NCBI GenBank assembly: GCA_964551905.1
Contig: CAZKEZ010000001.1
Span: forward strand, 13,814 to 77,813
Direction of reading: 5' to 3'
DNA length: 64,000 bases
From: an uncultured Nocardioides sp.
Lineage (GTDB): Bacteria > Actinomycetota > Actinomycetes > Propionibacteriales > Nocardioidaceae
The notes beneath the pieces were generated by a model. It had not been told where the DNA came from. It ran no database searches and was given only the letters and a program-made list of their open reading frames with translations. Shown here in pieces: positions 51,766 to 61,279 of the stretch. The translations under genes and the position numbers were made by a program. Numbering within the stretch: the first letter of the stretch is position 1; each line of letters opens with the position of its first letter.

Positions 51766-53259
51766 TCAACCCCGCCGACCAGGGTCATCGTGTGCGCCAG
51801 GCACCCCCCGAATGCCACGGCCCCCCGGTAGACCTCGCGGCATCTTCCGCACCGCCTGTCGAACCGCTAGGCGGGTAGGCAGCGAGGGGCGGCCGTCGCG
51901 CAGCGTGCGTACTACGCGCGGCAGCGTCGTCGGGATGACGATGCTCCCCCGGCCTTCGGTCTGCTCGGTCAGCGCCAGGGCGGCCAACCCGAGGGCCACG
52001 GCGCGGTCGTCGTGGTCGCCCGCGTCGTGGTCAAGCCGGTAGACGCCGGGACGGGTCTCGCGCAGCCGGACGGCCGCCAACTCGTCGAGCAGTCCGGCGT
52101 CATCGGGCAGCGCGAGCCGGTGCTCCCTAAGCAACTGGTGCAGGGTCATCGCCAGCCGCCCGACCGACACGGGCGAGAACGTCCACTCGGTCACGCTCAC
52201 GCCGCGAGCCCGGAGCCGCTGGGCGAGCCCGACCGCCTGCCAGGGGTCGAGTCGGATCGGTGCGCCGTAGGTGGTCGCGGCCTCATGAGCGAGGGCTTCC
52301 ACGTTGGCGAGGCTGACCGGCCGCTCGCGGCTTCCCGCGAGCACGTGCAGCCGGTCGAGCACCACGAGCGGCGGGCCGGACGTGTGCTCGGCGTGGCACA
52401 CCGCGAGCACCGTGCGGTCGTTCTTGAGCCCGAGGTCCAGCCCGATCACGTAGCGGTGTCGCGGGTCATGGGGCTGGGGGCCGTCGAGTGTGACGCACGC
52501 GGCCAGGTCCTCCGGTGAGGTGAGCCGGTCCTCAGCGGCTGTCCAGCGGTTGAGGTGAAGTCGGGCATAGGCCGAGGCGGGCAGCAACCGGGCCTGTTCT
52601 GCGAGGTCGTCGGGATCGGCCCACGGCAACGGCCCGCGCACCTCCGAGACGCGCCAGCGGCCCGACATGCGCGCCGAGTCGAGCACCTTCGCCGACCAGT
52701 GTGCCGGGTCGCCTGCCGTGGTGAGCACCGCGAGCCGGGAGTCCGGCCGCTTGGGCAGCCCGGAGACAAGTGCCTCCCACAGCGCCCGTGCGCCGCGCGT
52801 GGTCGGCCACTGGGCCAACTCGTCGGCGATGACCAAGAACGGCAGGTGACCGTAGGCCGAGGCAGCGTCGGCCGACTCCACGGCGAGCCGTGCGCCCGTC
52901 TCACGCACCGTGACGGACCACGAGCCCACGTCCACGAGCCCGCCGAGCCCGGTGCGGTCCACGAGCCCTCCGAGGGCGTCGAGCAGCAACGCCGCCTGAT
53001 CGCGGTCTCGGGCGAACGCGTGCGAGGTCGAGCGGGTCGGCGCTTGGGTGACCAGCGCCGCGAGCGCCACGGCCGCAAGGTCGGTCGTCTTGCTGCCACC
53101 GCGCGGACGGGTGAGGAAGTGCAGTCGGGGGGCGTCGGGACGGTGGTCGAGCAGGGCAGCGGCGTCCGCGCGCTGCCAGTCGGTCGCGGTCTCGCCCCAC
53201 AGCGCCCCGGAGTCGAGCACCAGGGCAGAGAGCAGGCCGAGCGGATCGAGCGCGGTCAT
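51766..53259 (-). CDS. terL: Terminase large subunit-like protein
   Basis: WQ adenine motif, Walker A RPRGGSKTT, Walker B LVIADE, coupling TTAG, nuclease GLDLG..ND, LDPWQ, HDD. Confidence 0.85.
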   Translation of the reverse strand: MTALDPLGLLSALVLDSGALWGETATDWQRADAAALLDHRPDAPRLHFLTRPRGGSKTTDLAAVALAALVTQAPTRSTSHAFARDRDQAALLLDALGGLVDRTGLGGLVDVGSWSVTVRETGARLAVESADAASAYGHLPFLVIADELAQWPTTRGARALWEALVSGLPKRPDSRLAVLTTAGDPAHWSAKVLDSARMSGRWRVSEVRGPLPWADPDDLAEQARLLPASAYARLHLNRWTAAEDRLTSPEDLAACVTLDGPQPHDPRHRYVIGLDLGLKNDRTVLAVCHAEHTSGPPLVVLDRLHVLAGSRERPVSLANVEALAHEAATTYGAPIRLDPWQAVGLAQRLRARGVSVTEWTFSPVSVGRLAMTLHQLLREHRLALPDDAGLLDELAAVRLRETRPGVYRLDHDAGDHDDRAVALGLAALALTEQTEGRGSIVIPTTLPRVVRTLRDGRPSLPTRLAVRQAVRKMPRGLPGGRGIRGVPGAHDDPGRRG

Positions 53260-53831
53260 CGTGGGGCCTCCCGCTCGGCGGCATAGGCGGCGACGTGCTC
53301 GGCAAGCACCTCGCCCGGGAGGTCGCGCGGGGACGTACTACGGGCAGCGAGAGCCTGCCGTCCGCGCTCGGCCAGCGCGTCGAGGTCCACCGCGAGCACC
53401 GAGGCGGCAGCGCGCTCCCGTGCGAGGGCAGCCTCCGAGCGCGGGTCGAGTCCGAGCGTCGCCCGGTGCCGTGCCGCCGCGCTCTCCAACCGCGTGAGCC
53501 ACAAGAGCAGCGCCTCGCGCGGATTGCTGCTCTCGGGGTCGAGCGGCCCCACCTCGGCCACGTGGCGGCGCAACAGAGCGGCCTGAGCCTCGGCCGTCGC
53601 CCATGCGGCCACAGCCTCGGGATAGGCGGCGAGGTCGGGCCGGTCCTCCACGAGCCCAGCCGCGAGACGCTGGGCCAGGTCGCCGTAGACGCGCGGGGAG
53701 CGCGCGCCGTGCGTGACCGGCGCGAGGTTGCCCGGCGTGAACGGCGGCCGGGTGCCCGTGGCCGGTATGCCGGACGGCGGCCCGTGACCCGGCCCACCGG
53801 CCGGGACGCCGGAGCCCTTCGGCCACGTCAT
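53256..53831 (-). CDS. Putative terminase small subunit
   Basis: PFTPGNLAPVTHGARS N-terminal motif, LGLDPRS motif, ATGA-coupled directly upstream of terL. Confidence 0.6.
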   Translation of the reverse strand: MTWPKGSGVPAGGPGHGPPSGIPATGTRPPFTPGNLAPVTHGARSPRVYGDLAQRLAAGLVEDRPDLAAYPEAVAAWATAEAQAALLRRHVAEVGPLDPESSNPREALLLWLTRLESAAARHRATLGLDPRSEAALARERAAASVLAVDLDALAERGRQALAARSTSPRDLPGEVLAEHVAAYAAEREAPR

Positions 53832-54823
53832 GAGGTCAACTCCGAGAGGTCGATGTGGCCCCACGGCTCGGCGTTCGGTCGCGGCGGAGTCAGGTCACGG
53901 GTCCGGGCGGCGTGGACCAGCGCGCCCCAGCCGACGAGGCCGGGCACGGTGCCGACCGTCTGGGCGAGCGCGGCGCGCAGCCGCCGGGCCGCAGCGTCGG
54001 GCAGGAACTCGGCGAGAGCACGCTCAAGGGCGGTCGGCCCCACTGCTCCGGCAGCGTCGAGCGCGTCGGCGCACGGCGGGCACAGGTAACCCGCGACGCG
54101 CACGGGTGCGGCCCGACCGCCGAGGGTCGCGGGCGAGCCCGACACGGGCCGCCAAGCGAGCCGCTGGGCCGCCTCGCGCCCACCGACGCGCGCCACCTGA
54201 GCGGCGGACACGGTGACGGCGCGGACTCCGCAGAACAGGCAGCCGCCGGAGGCGGGCACGTCCTGCCCCCAGAACTCGACCGGGGGCGGCGTGAGAGTCA
54301 CGTCCGGCGCGGCCCCGGCCAACCGCTCGCGCAACATCGTCGCGTAGGCGGTCCGGAGCGTGGCCCGCGCATCGTCCGTCACGTGTGCCCACGGCCGAGG
54401 CGCGTGCTTGCCCGGCCGCGCGCCCACCTCCCAGCGAGCGACGGCTCCGGGGTGGGCGAGGTGGCGCAGCAGCGCCAGGAGGTCGGGCTCGGTCGGGCTC
54501 TCAGGCACGGGCACCCCGAGCAGCACGAGAGCGCAGAGCGCCCCCTCGGTCCGCTCGTCGGCAATGTTGCCCAGCCGCTCGCGCACCGAGGGGTGCGCGT
54601 CGAGCAGCGCGCGGGCGTGGTCACGGAGTGAGCGGCAGTCGGCGCAGCGGGTCAGCGGTATGGTCGCGATGAGCCGCCCGGCCGCGCCGTCAGGGCGGGC
54701 CGCGAATACCGGGACCGTGACGACGGGCTCGGCTCGGTCGGGCGTCGTGCGCACGCCGCACCCCGGGCACGCGTGCCCGCCCTCGGGGAGCGCGGTCTCA
54801 GGCGCGGTCGTTGTCTCGGTCAT
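53828..54823 (-). CDS. Hypothetical protein with four CxxC pairs
   Basis: CPGC, CADC, CLFC, CPPC; ATGA overlaps at both ends. Confidence 0.7.
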   Translation of the reverse strand: MTETTTAPETALPEGGHACPGCGVRTTPDRAEPVVTVPVFAARPDGAAGRLIATIPLTRCADCRSLRDHARALLDAHPSVRERLGNIADERTEGALCALVLLGVPVPESPTEPDLLALLRHLAHPGAVARWEVGARPGKHAPRPWAHVTDDARATLRTAYATMLRERLAGAAPDVTLTPPPVEFWGQDVPASGGCLFCGVRAVTVSAAQVARVGGREAAQRLAWRPVSGSPATLGGRAAPVRVAGYLCPPCADALDAAGAVGPTALERALAEFLPDAAARRLRAALAQTVGTVPGLVGWGALVHAARTRDLTPPRPNAEPWGHIDLSELTS

Positions 54824-55155
54824 CGGGTGTCCTCCCCCTTGCGGCGCTTGGCTTCACGGATGGCGGCCAGCGAGCGACTCGCCGCGTCGGGGCTCACCTC
54901 GCGTATCTCGCGCAGGAGAGCCCGCTCGTCGGCTGTGAGCCGCTCGGTCGAGGTCGCCCACTTGGTGAACACCTCCTCACGGGTGCGCGCCGCGCGACGC
55001 TTCGGCTCGACCCGGACCTTGACCCGCTTGCCCTTGCCCGGCTTCGGACGGGTGGGCTTCGGCGGAGGCGGCTTGGGCACGGGGTCGAGCGGCGCACCGG
55101 ACCGCCCGAGCGCCTCGCGGTAGCGCAGTGCTGCCGACTCAGGTTCGCGACTCAT
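54820..55155 (-). CDS. Basic hypothetical protein
   Basis: SD AAAGGA; Lys/Arg/Pro-rich; coupled to the next gene. Confidence 0.65.
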   Translation of the reverse strand: MSREPESAALRYREALGRSGAPLDPVPKPPPPKPTRPKPGKGKRVKVRVEPKRRAARTREEVFTKWATSTERLTADERALLREIREVSPDAASRSLAAIREAKRRKGEDTR

Positions 55156-55301
55156 CTGTGTTCCTTTCCGGGGTGTCGAGGTATCGGGTTCCGCGCGTCC
55201 CGGCAGTGCCCACCGCTGTGACCACAGGGCGGAATGTGGCCGCTGACCTGCCCAAACGCGGCGGCTCGTCCTGATTCAGCCTCAGGAATCCGGCGGCTCA
55301 T
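55152..55301 (-). CDS. Possible 49-aa ORF
   Basis: ATGA overlaps at both ends; no recognisable motif. Confidence 0.3.
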   Translation of the reverse strand: MSRRIPEAESGRAAAFGQVSGHIPPCGHSGGHCRDARNPIPRHPGKEHR

Positions 55302-55717
55302 GACGGCTCTCCGAGCGCCCGAGGGTCGAGGTGCTGCCGGTCGTCCTCGGTGAAGATCGCAGGGCAGTCGGGCGCATGAGTCGTCCCGACCTTCACCGGC
55401 AGGACGTGCCATGCTCCGGGGCGCTCGGGCGTCGGTGAGTCCGGCGTGATGTCGGCGACCGCCGAGCACATCGGGCAACGACCGGTCGTGTTCGACACGA
55501 CGCGAGCCAGGTAGCGGCGGCGCACGTCGAGCGGGGCCGAGGGCAGCAGGTCCGGGAGCGCGGTCAGCGGGCCGCCCTCTCCCCCAGCGCGCCAGACCGC
55601 CCAGCCCGGCGGGGCCGGTGCGTCGGTCAGCCGGTCGAGCCGGGGCCAGTGGCCCGGCGGCGCGAGGACGCCCTCCCAGAGCCGCACGAGCGCGGCGCGC
55701 GTGTCAGCAACGTTCAT
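55298..55717 (-). CDS. Hypothetical protein, CxxC...HxxxC zinc motif
   Basis: SD GGAGGT; CPMC and HAPDC. Confidence 0.65.
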   Translation of the reverse strand: MNVADTRAALVRLWEGVLAPPGHWPRLDRLTDAPAPPGWAVWRAGGEGGPLTALPDLLPSAPLDVRRRYLARVVSNTTGRCPMCSAVADITPDSPTPERPGAWHVLPVKVGTTHAPDCPAIFTEDDRQHLDPRALGEPS

Positions 55718-55794
55718 CGGTCATCACCTCCGGCGCGCACGCGCGGCGCTCGGTTGTGGTCGGTCGGTTCGCGGCGGTCGCGGGACGCGGCCTG

Positions 55795-56040
55795 GTGTGC
55801 GGGGTGTGCCGTGTGCCGGTCTTAAGAGACCGGCAACGGCGGCACACCTCCCCAGCAGTCACCGCGCGTCGTGCTGTGCCGGGGTGTGCCGGGGCGGCCG
55901 GCACAGCCCGGAAACCGCTCGTGAGCAGCGGAAACGCGTCGAGCGCCGGCCCGCTGTGCCGGACTATGCCGAGGGCGAAGGCACAGCCGATCCGTGGTCG
56001 CCGCACGGCCGTGCTGTGCCGAGCGTTTCGGCACACCTCG
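55795..56040. other. Putative replication origin with iterons
   Basis: Nine exact TGTGCCG copies on both strands and palindrome TGCCGGTCT-TAAG-AGACCGGCA, directly downstream of the primase-helicase gene. Confidence 0.7.
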
Positions 56041-56047
56041 CGGGCGG

Positions 56048-58042
56048 TCATTCGGTCACCTCCGGCAGCGGTCGGCGCTCGCTCTGCGCCTTGCGGATCA
56101 CTTCGCGCTTGGCCCACGCGGGGAAGGTCTCAGCCACCCGGCGCGCCTCCTGGACCGCCTCCCATGCCCGGTGCACTCCCGCGTCGTGCGGCACGTCGAG
56201 CGAGTCGAGCAGTGCCCTCGCCTCGGCCAGCAGGTCGCCGTAGGTCGAGCGCGCCGCGTCGAAACGGAGCACCCCGCCGACCGTGTGACGCCGGAACGTC
56301 AGAGGTCCGCCCGCACCTCCCGGCCGTCCCCGCCGCTTGGCCTCCCGCAGCGTGAACACTTCGGGGTCGTGCTCATCGGCTGACAGCAGCCACGAGTAGC
56401 CCACGTCATCGCGCTTGTTCGATGCGCCGCGCTCGCGGGTGCGGTCCCATCCCGTGTTGTCGGTTCGAACCACCGTCAGCCCGCGCCGCTTCACCTCGGC
56501 CGAGGTGTGGACGTAGAGCCGCCGCATCGTGTCGTTGCTGTTCTCCTCGCCCTCAGTCACGCGCTGGGTCGAGTCGAGCACCAGCACGTCACCCGGCCGA
56601 GCGGCGTAGGCGTCGAGCAGTGTCAGCAGGTCGCGGGCACCCTCGGCCGTGTCGAGCCCGCGCAGCCGGGGCAGGTGGAACACGAGCAGCCGAGACAGGT
56701 CGCCGACGTTCCCCGGGGTTACCCCGAGGTCGGCCAGTCGCTCGGCCCAATCGTCCTCGCTGTTCTCCATGTCCACGTAGAACACGCGGCCGTCGCCGAG
56801 GTCCAGGGCGCGGCCCGCGAACGCTCGCGCACCCCGTACGGCAGCGACGGCCAGCGCGAGCACGAAGAGCGACTTGCCCACTCCGGCGGGCGCGACGATG
56901 GAGACGTGATCGCCCTCGGGGATCACATCGGCCAGCAGCCAACGCCGGGCCGGGCGGTCGGGGTCCACGAGTGCGGCCAGGTCGAGCAGCGGGAAGCGGT
57001 CGCGCGTCGCCTCGGTGTCATCGAGCACGGTCACGGCGGTCCGGTCCTCGGCCGGGTGCTCCCACCCATAGCCCCAGCCGCTTGCCGTGGTCCGCTCGGC
57101 CTCCTGGCGGTCGAGCCCCAGCATCACCCCGGCGTCGGCTATCGCCTGCCGCCAGACTTCCGGCGCGAGGTCGTCCACCCGCTCGGCCTCGGGCACCCGG
57201 GCAAGCAGTCCGGCGGCGAGTCCGGCAGCCTTGTTCAGCCGGTCATTCCGCTCGCCCACCTCGGCCAAGCCGAGCCATGTCAGGACCCCGCCGAGCCGTG
57301 CCCGAGCCTCGCCAGCAGTGAGCCCCCCACCGGGCACGAGTCGCAGAACAGGGGCGGCGGGTGACGCGTCCTCGTGACCCAACCGACGCGCCACCAATGC
57401 GAGCAGCGACTCCGGCACCGGCAGCGGGTAGACCCATGCGACGCACGGCGACGGGTCCGGGTCGGTCACTCCCCGGTAGATCGCCCCCGCCGGTGCGTGG
57501 CCCTCCGTGAACTCCACCCGCCCGGCCGTGATCGCGTAGCGCACGCCGGTCGGGTGCAGCGACCCGGGGAGCAGGACGTAGCCACCGGCCCCGCGCCATT
57601 CCAGCCCGTCCGACAGGCGACCAGTCGGCAGTACCTCGGCGGCCAGGACAGTGCCCCAGAGGTGGGCGCGCTCGTCACACCGCTGGACCCGCAGCGTCTC
57701 GGCGGCCCATTCCTCGGCCTCCGGCCCTGCCTCGGCCAGCAGCGCCGCGAGGTCGCCCCCGTCGTGGTCGAGACAGACCAGGGCCAGCCCGTAGCGGCCC
57801 GGCTGCCCGGTCACCGCAGCGAACGCGGGGCAGCGGCACTCCCAGCACGTCCCGGCGTAGTCCTCAGTCGCCTCCACAACCTCGCCGGGCGTGGCAAGCC
57901 ACGCGGCCCGGTGGTTGTCTCCGGCTCCGTGGTGAAGCGGTGCCTTGCTGCCCGGCCGGATCGCCAGCACCGGCCAGCCGTTGCCCGCCACCGAGGCGGC
58001 GGTCACCAGCGGGTCGGGGTGCTCGGTCGGGTCGAGTCTCAT
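56048..58042 (-). CDS. Bifunctional primase-polymerase fused to AAA_25/RepA-like helicase
   Basis: GWPVLAI-P-SKAP, LDHD, HLW, GGYVLLPGSLH; G-RN-LN; Walker A APAGVGKS, YVDMEN, LVLDS; alternative TTG start 58144. Confidence 0.85.
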   Translation of the reverse strand: MRLDPTEHPDPLVTAASVAGNGWPVLAIRPGSKAPLHHGAGDNHRAAWLATPGEVVEATEDYAGTCWECRCPAFAAVTGQPGRYGLALVCLDHDGGDLAALLAEAGPEAEEWAAETLRVQRCDERAHLWGTVLAAEVLPTGRLSDGLEWRGAGGYVLLPGSLHPTGVRYAITAGRVEFTEGHAPAGAIYRGVTDPDPSPCVAWVYPLPVPESLLALVARRLGHEDASPAAPVLRLVPGGGLTAGEARARLGGVLTWLGLAEVGERNDRLNKAAGLAAGLLARVPEAERVDDLAPEVWRQAIADAGVMLGLDRQEAERTTASGWGYGWEHPAEDRTAVTVLDDTEATRDRFPLLDLAALVDPDRPARRWLLADVIPEGDHVSIVAPAGVGKSLFVLALAVAAVRGARAFAGRALDLGDGRVFYVDMENSEDDWAERLADLGVTPGNVGDLSRLLVFHLPRLRGLDTAEGARDLLTLLDAYAARPGDVLVLDSTQRVTEGEENSNDTMRRLYVHTSAEVKRRGLTVVRTDNTGWDRTRERGASNKRDDVGYSWLLSADEHDPEVFTLREAKRRGRPGGAGGPLTFRRHTVGGVLRFDAARSTYGDLLAEARALLDSLDVPHDAGVHRAWEAVQEARRVAETFPAWAKREVIRKAQSERRPLPEVTE

Positions 58043-58140
58043 CAGTGCTCCGGGGGTTGGAAGGGCCAGGGCCGAGCCCCCGTTCTGGGGAGCCCGGCCC
58101 TTGCTGCCAGCGGCTGCGTGCGTCGTGGGAGGTGGCGGCC

Positions 58141-58329
58141 TCAACCCGACCGCCCCCGCTCACGGTCGCGGCGAGCCCGCTCCCGCTCCACCTCGCGGCA
58201 GTCCCGGCACCGCTTGCAGTGCTCGGTCCAGCGGTCGCCGCCGAAGTACCAGGCGTCCCAGCAGGCCGCCGGAGCGCCGTAGTCGCCGAATGTCTGGCGA
58301 CGCTGAGCGGTCATCTGCTGGTTGGTCAT
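58141..58329 (-). CDS. Small Cys-rich hypothetical protein
   Basis: CWDAW...HCKRCRDC; ATGA coupling. Confidence 0.55.
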   Translation of the reverse strand: MTNQQMTAQRRQTFGDYGAPAACWDAWYFGGDRWTEHCKRCRDCREVERERARRDRERGRSG

Positions 58330-58541
58330 GACGCGCCGCCAGCGAATCCCGGCAGCACCTCGCCGTTCTCGTCGTAACCGATGTGAACGGACAGGCCGCC
58401 CTCATCGTTCGGGTAAGCCGTGCCCAGCCGAGCGCCGTCGCGGGGTCCTCCGTTGCGCCAGACCGGCAGCCATTCGGCGGCCTCGGCCTCATCGGCGTAG
58501 ACCCACGTCTCGGTGAGGCTCATCTGCACCCCGGCGTTCAC
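58326..58541 (-). CDS. Small hypothetical protein
   Basis: GTGA-coupled, GC3-rich. Confidence 0.55.
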   Translation of the reverse strand: MNAGVQMSLTETWVYADEAEAAEWLPVWRNGGPRDGARLGTAYPNDEGGLSVHIGYDENGEVLPGFAGGAS

Positions 58542-58909
58542 CACCCCACCGCCTCGGCGTCGTCCTGCCCGGCCACCTCGACCCGGAACATGGCGGCGTA
58601 CGTCTTGACCAGCGGCGTGACGGGCGAACAGCCGTGGGTCTCGACCCACTCCCAGACTTCGGCCGGAACGTCGATCAGCACCTCGTCACCGTCGTTGAGA
58701 CGAATGATGAGGCGGTGGTGAGCAATGTCGCCGACGCGGCCCCGGTCGTGAAGCGGGACGACGACGGCCGCCGGACACGTGAGGTCGGGGGCCATGTGCC
58801 GGGCCAGGTACTCCGGCACGATCGACCGGTTGAGGCCGAGGTCGTACGCGAGGTCGTTCAGCGCCCGCACCTCGGCCGGGATCAGGTTGGTTACAGTGGT
58901 CGTGTTCAT
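58538..58909 (-). CDS. Hypothetical protein
   Basis: SD AAGGAAAG before ATG 58909; strong GC3 bias. Confidence 0.7.
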   Translation of the reverse strand: MNTTTVTNLIPAEVRALNDLAYDLGLNRSIVPEYLARHMAPDLTCPAAVVVPLHDRGRVGDIAHHRLIIRLNDGDEVLIDVPAEVWEWVETHGCSPVTPLVKTYAAMFRVEVAGQDDAEAVGW

Positions 58910-59026
58910 CTTGCTTTCCTTTCGGTAGCGGCCCCCGCCCATCGGGGGCCGTTGTCTTTCTGTGGCGCACCGTCCGCGCCGGGGAGCACATCAACCCGAA
59001 CCCGGCCACGGACAGTGGTCTGTGGG

Positions 59027-59206
59027 TCAGCGCCCGGCGATGAAGTCGGCGAGTGCACTCTCCGGAATCCGGATCACTCGGCCGAGCCGGATCGCTCGAA
59101 TCTGGTGACTCCGGATGAGCGCATACACGGTGTCCGGGTCGCACCCCAGGTGGGTCGCCACGTCGCGGACGCGGAGCACCCGCTCCGGGGCCGTGGTCAC
59201 GGTCAT
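59027..59206 (-). CDS. xis: Excisionase/AlpA-like HTH protein, 59 aa (absent from ORF track)
   Basis: SD GAGGAG; MTVTTAPERVLRVRDVATHLGCDPDTVYALIRSHQIRAIRLGRVIRIPESALADFIAGR. Confidence 0.88.
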   Translation of the reverse strand: MTVTTAPERVLRVRDVATHLGCDPDTVYALIRSHQIRAIRLGRVIRIPESALADFIAGR

Positions 59207-59270
59207 GGGTTCTCTCCTCTCAGATCGTCGTACGTGGTCCGTCGTGGTCCCACGTGCTCAGCCTGCCCGC

Positions 59271-59306
59271 TTGTGCCGCAATAATCTAGGCTGTAATATT
59301 GCGGAC
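59271..59306. promoter_or_regulatory. Overlapping divergent promoters with inverted-repeat operator
   Basis: TTGTGC-17-TAATAT on plus; TAGATT on minus; CCGCAATA-N13-TATTGCGG. Confidence 0.7.
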
Positions 59307-59933
59307 ATGACGCCAACTCATCGCAACTGGCAGGTGACGACGGATCACCAGGTCCACGACCGGCACGACCCGGAAACCGGCGACTGGATCGGCGCTGAGG
59401 AAGTCATGGGCGGTGTCGTACACGACCCGGATCGAGGCGTGCTCTACCGAGTCACCCTCGGTCGCCGACGCCAGGGCAAGGGCGACCCCGAGCGAGGCGT
59501 CACCCACCGGGAGCCCATCGGCGCCGGTCCGGCGGTCTGGCTCGCATCCCTGACGATCGAGCCTCAGAACGGCGCACCCGTAGATGCGGCGATGCTCCGG
59601 CGGGTGCCGGTCCAGACGCTCGCCGAGGCGGTCGCAACTCAGTACGCCCGAGAGGCCGCGCTGTGGGCGCATGACGACGACGGCCGCGTAACGGGCGAGG
59701 TCAGCCTCCCGGGTGATGTACCGACCAGCGAGCAGGTCGAGGCCATGCTCCTGAGCGGCGAGACGCGCCAGACCATCGCGGCGCGCTACTCACGCAGCCC
59801 GAGCACCGTCTCCGACTGGATCGGCCGCGCCTATCGAGAACGCCCCCAGACCATGCCGCCGCGCCGCCGTGGCAGGTCTCCGAAGGACTCCGGCACCGAC
59901 GCCGGGAACACCGAGAGGAAGAACAGGAAATGA
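59307..59933 (+). CDS. Putative repressor with C-terminal HTH, probably leaderless
   Basis: TRQTIAARYSRSPSTVSDWIGRA; divergent from xis; ATGA-coupled to the integrase. Confidence 0.7.
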   Translation: MTPTHRNWQVTTDHQVHDRHDPETGDWIGAEEVMGGVVHDPDRGVLYRVTLGRRRQGKGDPERGVTHREPIGAGPAVWLASLTIEPQNGAPVDAAMLRRVPVQTLAEAVATQYAREAALWAHDDDGRVTGEVSLPGDVPTSEQVEAMLLSGETRQTIAARYSRSPSTVSDWIGRAYRERPQTMPPRRRGRSPKDSGTDAGNTERKNRK

Positions 59934-61279
59934 CCACAACCAAGAACGGCAACCGCCAGCGGTTGCCGAAGAACGCGCTTCGGGTGTGCGCGTCGTGCGA
60001 GACACCGCGCGGCAACGTCCGCAAGGGCTGGACACCGATCACGAGCAGCGACGGCCGGGTAATCGGCTGGACCTGCCCGGAGTGCCCAACCTACGGCGAG
60101 CCGATCCGCCGGGAGAACTCCGGCCGGTTCCTTGCCGTCGTCGGGGTCAAGGGCCAGGACGGCAAGCGCCGCCAGATCAAGCGCCGTTCCGACACGCTCG
60201 CCGAGGCTCGCGAGTGGGTCGCCGAGACGCGCGACGGCGCGAGCCGGTCGAGCACCTACAGCGACCCCAGCCGCCTCACCGTGCGGGCGCTCTGTGAGCG
60301 GTGGCTCGCCAAGCGGGCCGAGGAAGTCGGCACCCCCGGCGGAATCCGCGAGGTGACGCTCAACGGCTATCGCTCGGCCCTTCACGCGCCGTTGCTCCAC
60401 ATGGGTGACCGGATCGCCCGAGAGGTCACGCCGGGCGAGGTCGAGACGATGCTCCGCACGCTCGCCACGGTCGGGGGCAAGTGGGGTCGCCCGCTCTCGC
60501 ACCGCAGCATCGTCTACGCACTCACGTCACTCCGTCAGGTGTTCAACTACGCGGTGCGCGAGGGGTGGCTCCGCACCAGCCCGGCCGCGCTCGCCAAGCC
60601 GCCCCGGGCGCGTCACGACGGTAGCCGCAAGGCCGCGAACGCGCTCCGGTGGACACCGGCGGAACTCGCGCGGTTCCGCGAGCACGCGGACACCTACGGC
60701 CAGGGCGAGGCGTTCGCGGCCGAGCCGTGGCTCCGGGCCGGGATGCGGCTCACGCTGTGCGGGATGCGCCGCTCCGAGGTGCTGGGGCTGGACTGGCAGC
60801 GGGTAGACCTTGACGTCGGAAGCGTCGAGGTCTCCGCGAGCCGGGTCAAGACGGGCCGGGGAACCGCGACCGCTCTCGGCGAGGTCAAAGCGGCCAACTC
60901 GCTCCGGACGATTCAGGCTGAGGTGATCCACCCGGGCACCGTGGCGGCGCTCCGGGCTCTCTGGCTCGCGCAGGGTCGCCCGGAGTCCGGGCTCGTCGTC
61001 TGTGACGCGGCGGGGCAGCCGGTGGACCCAGACACCTACTCGGCGCGGTTCCGGTCGCTCTGCCGGGGAGCCGGGCTGCCGGTGCTCCGGGCGATTCACA
61101 ACGTCCGACACACGCTCGCGACGGCACTTGATGAGGCGGGCGTACCCGAGCACCACGCGGCGGCCTTGCTCGGTCACGACGTGGCGACCTATCGGCGGTT
61201 CTACCTCGTGACCGACGACGACGGCGCGGCATCGGCCGCCGAGGCAGCCGGGCGGTTGTTCGCGGTCGGTGGCGCGTGA
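59930..61279 (+). CDS. int: Tyrosine recombinase/integrase
   Basis: GMRRSEVLGL-W, K, HNVRHT, LLGHD, RRFY; adjacent to att. Confidence 0.94.
   Translation: MTTTKNGNRQRLPKNALRVCASCETPRGNVRKGWTPITSSDGRVIGWTCPECPTYGEPIRRENSGRFLAVVGVKGQDGKRRQIKRRSDTLAEAREWVAETRDGASRSSTYSDPSRLTVRALCERWLAKRAEEVGTPGGIREVTLNGYRSALHAPLLHMGDRIAREVTPGEVETMLRTLATVGGKWGRPLSHRSIVYALTSLRQVFNYAVREGWLRTSPAALAKPPRARHDGSRKAANALRWTPAELARFREHADTYGQGEAFAAEPWLRAGMRLTLCGMRRSEVLGLDWQRVDLDVGSVEVSASRVKTGRGTATALGEVKAANSLRTIQAEVIHPGTVAALRALWLAQGRPESGLVVCDAAGQPVDPDTYSARFRSLCRGAGLPVLRAIHNVRHTLATALDEAGVPEHHAAALLGHDVATYRRFYLVTDDDGAASAAEAAGRLFAVGGA

Noticed and set aside
55704-56117. Minus-strand ORF across the iteron region
   Set aside because: Composition is driven by the repeats; an SD and ATG at 56051 exist, so it is not fully excluded, but origin function is more parsimonious
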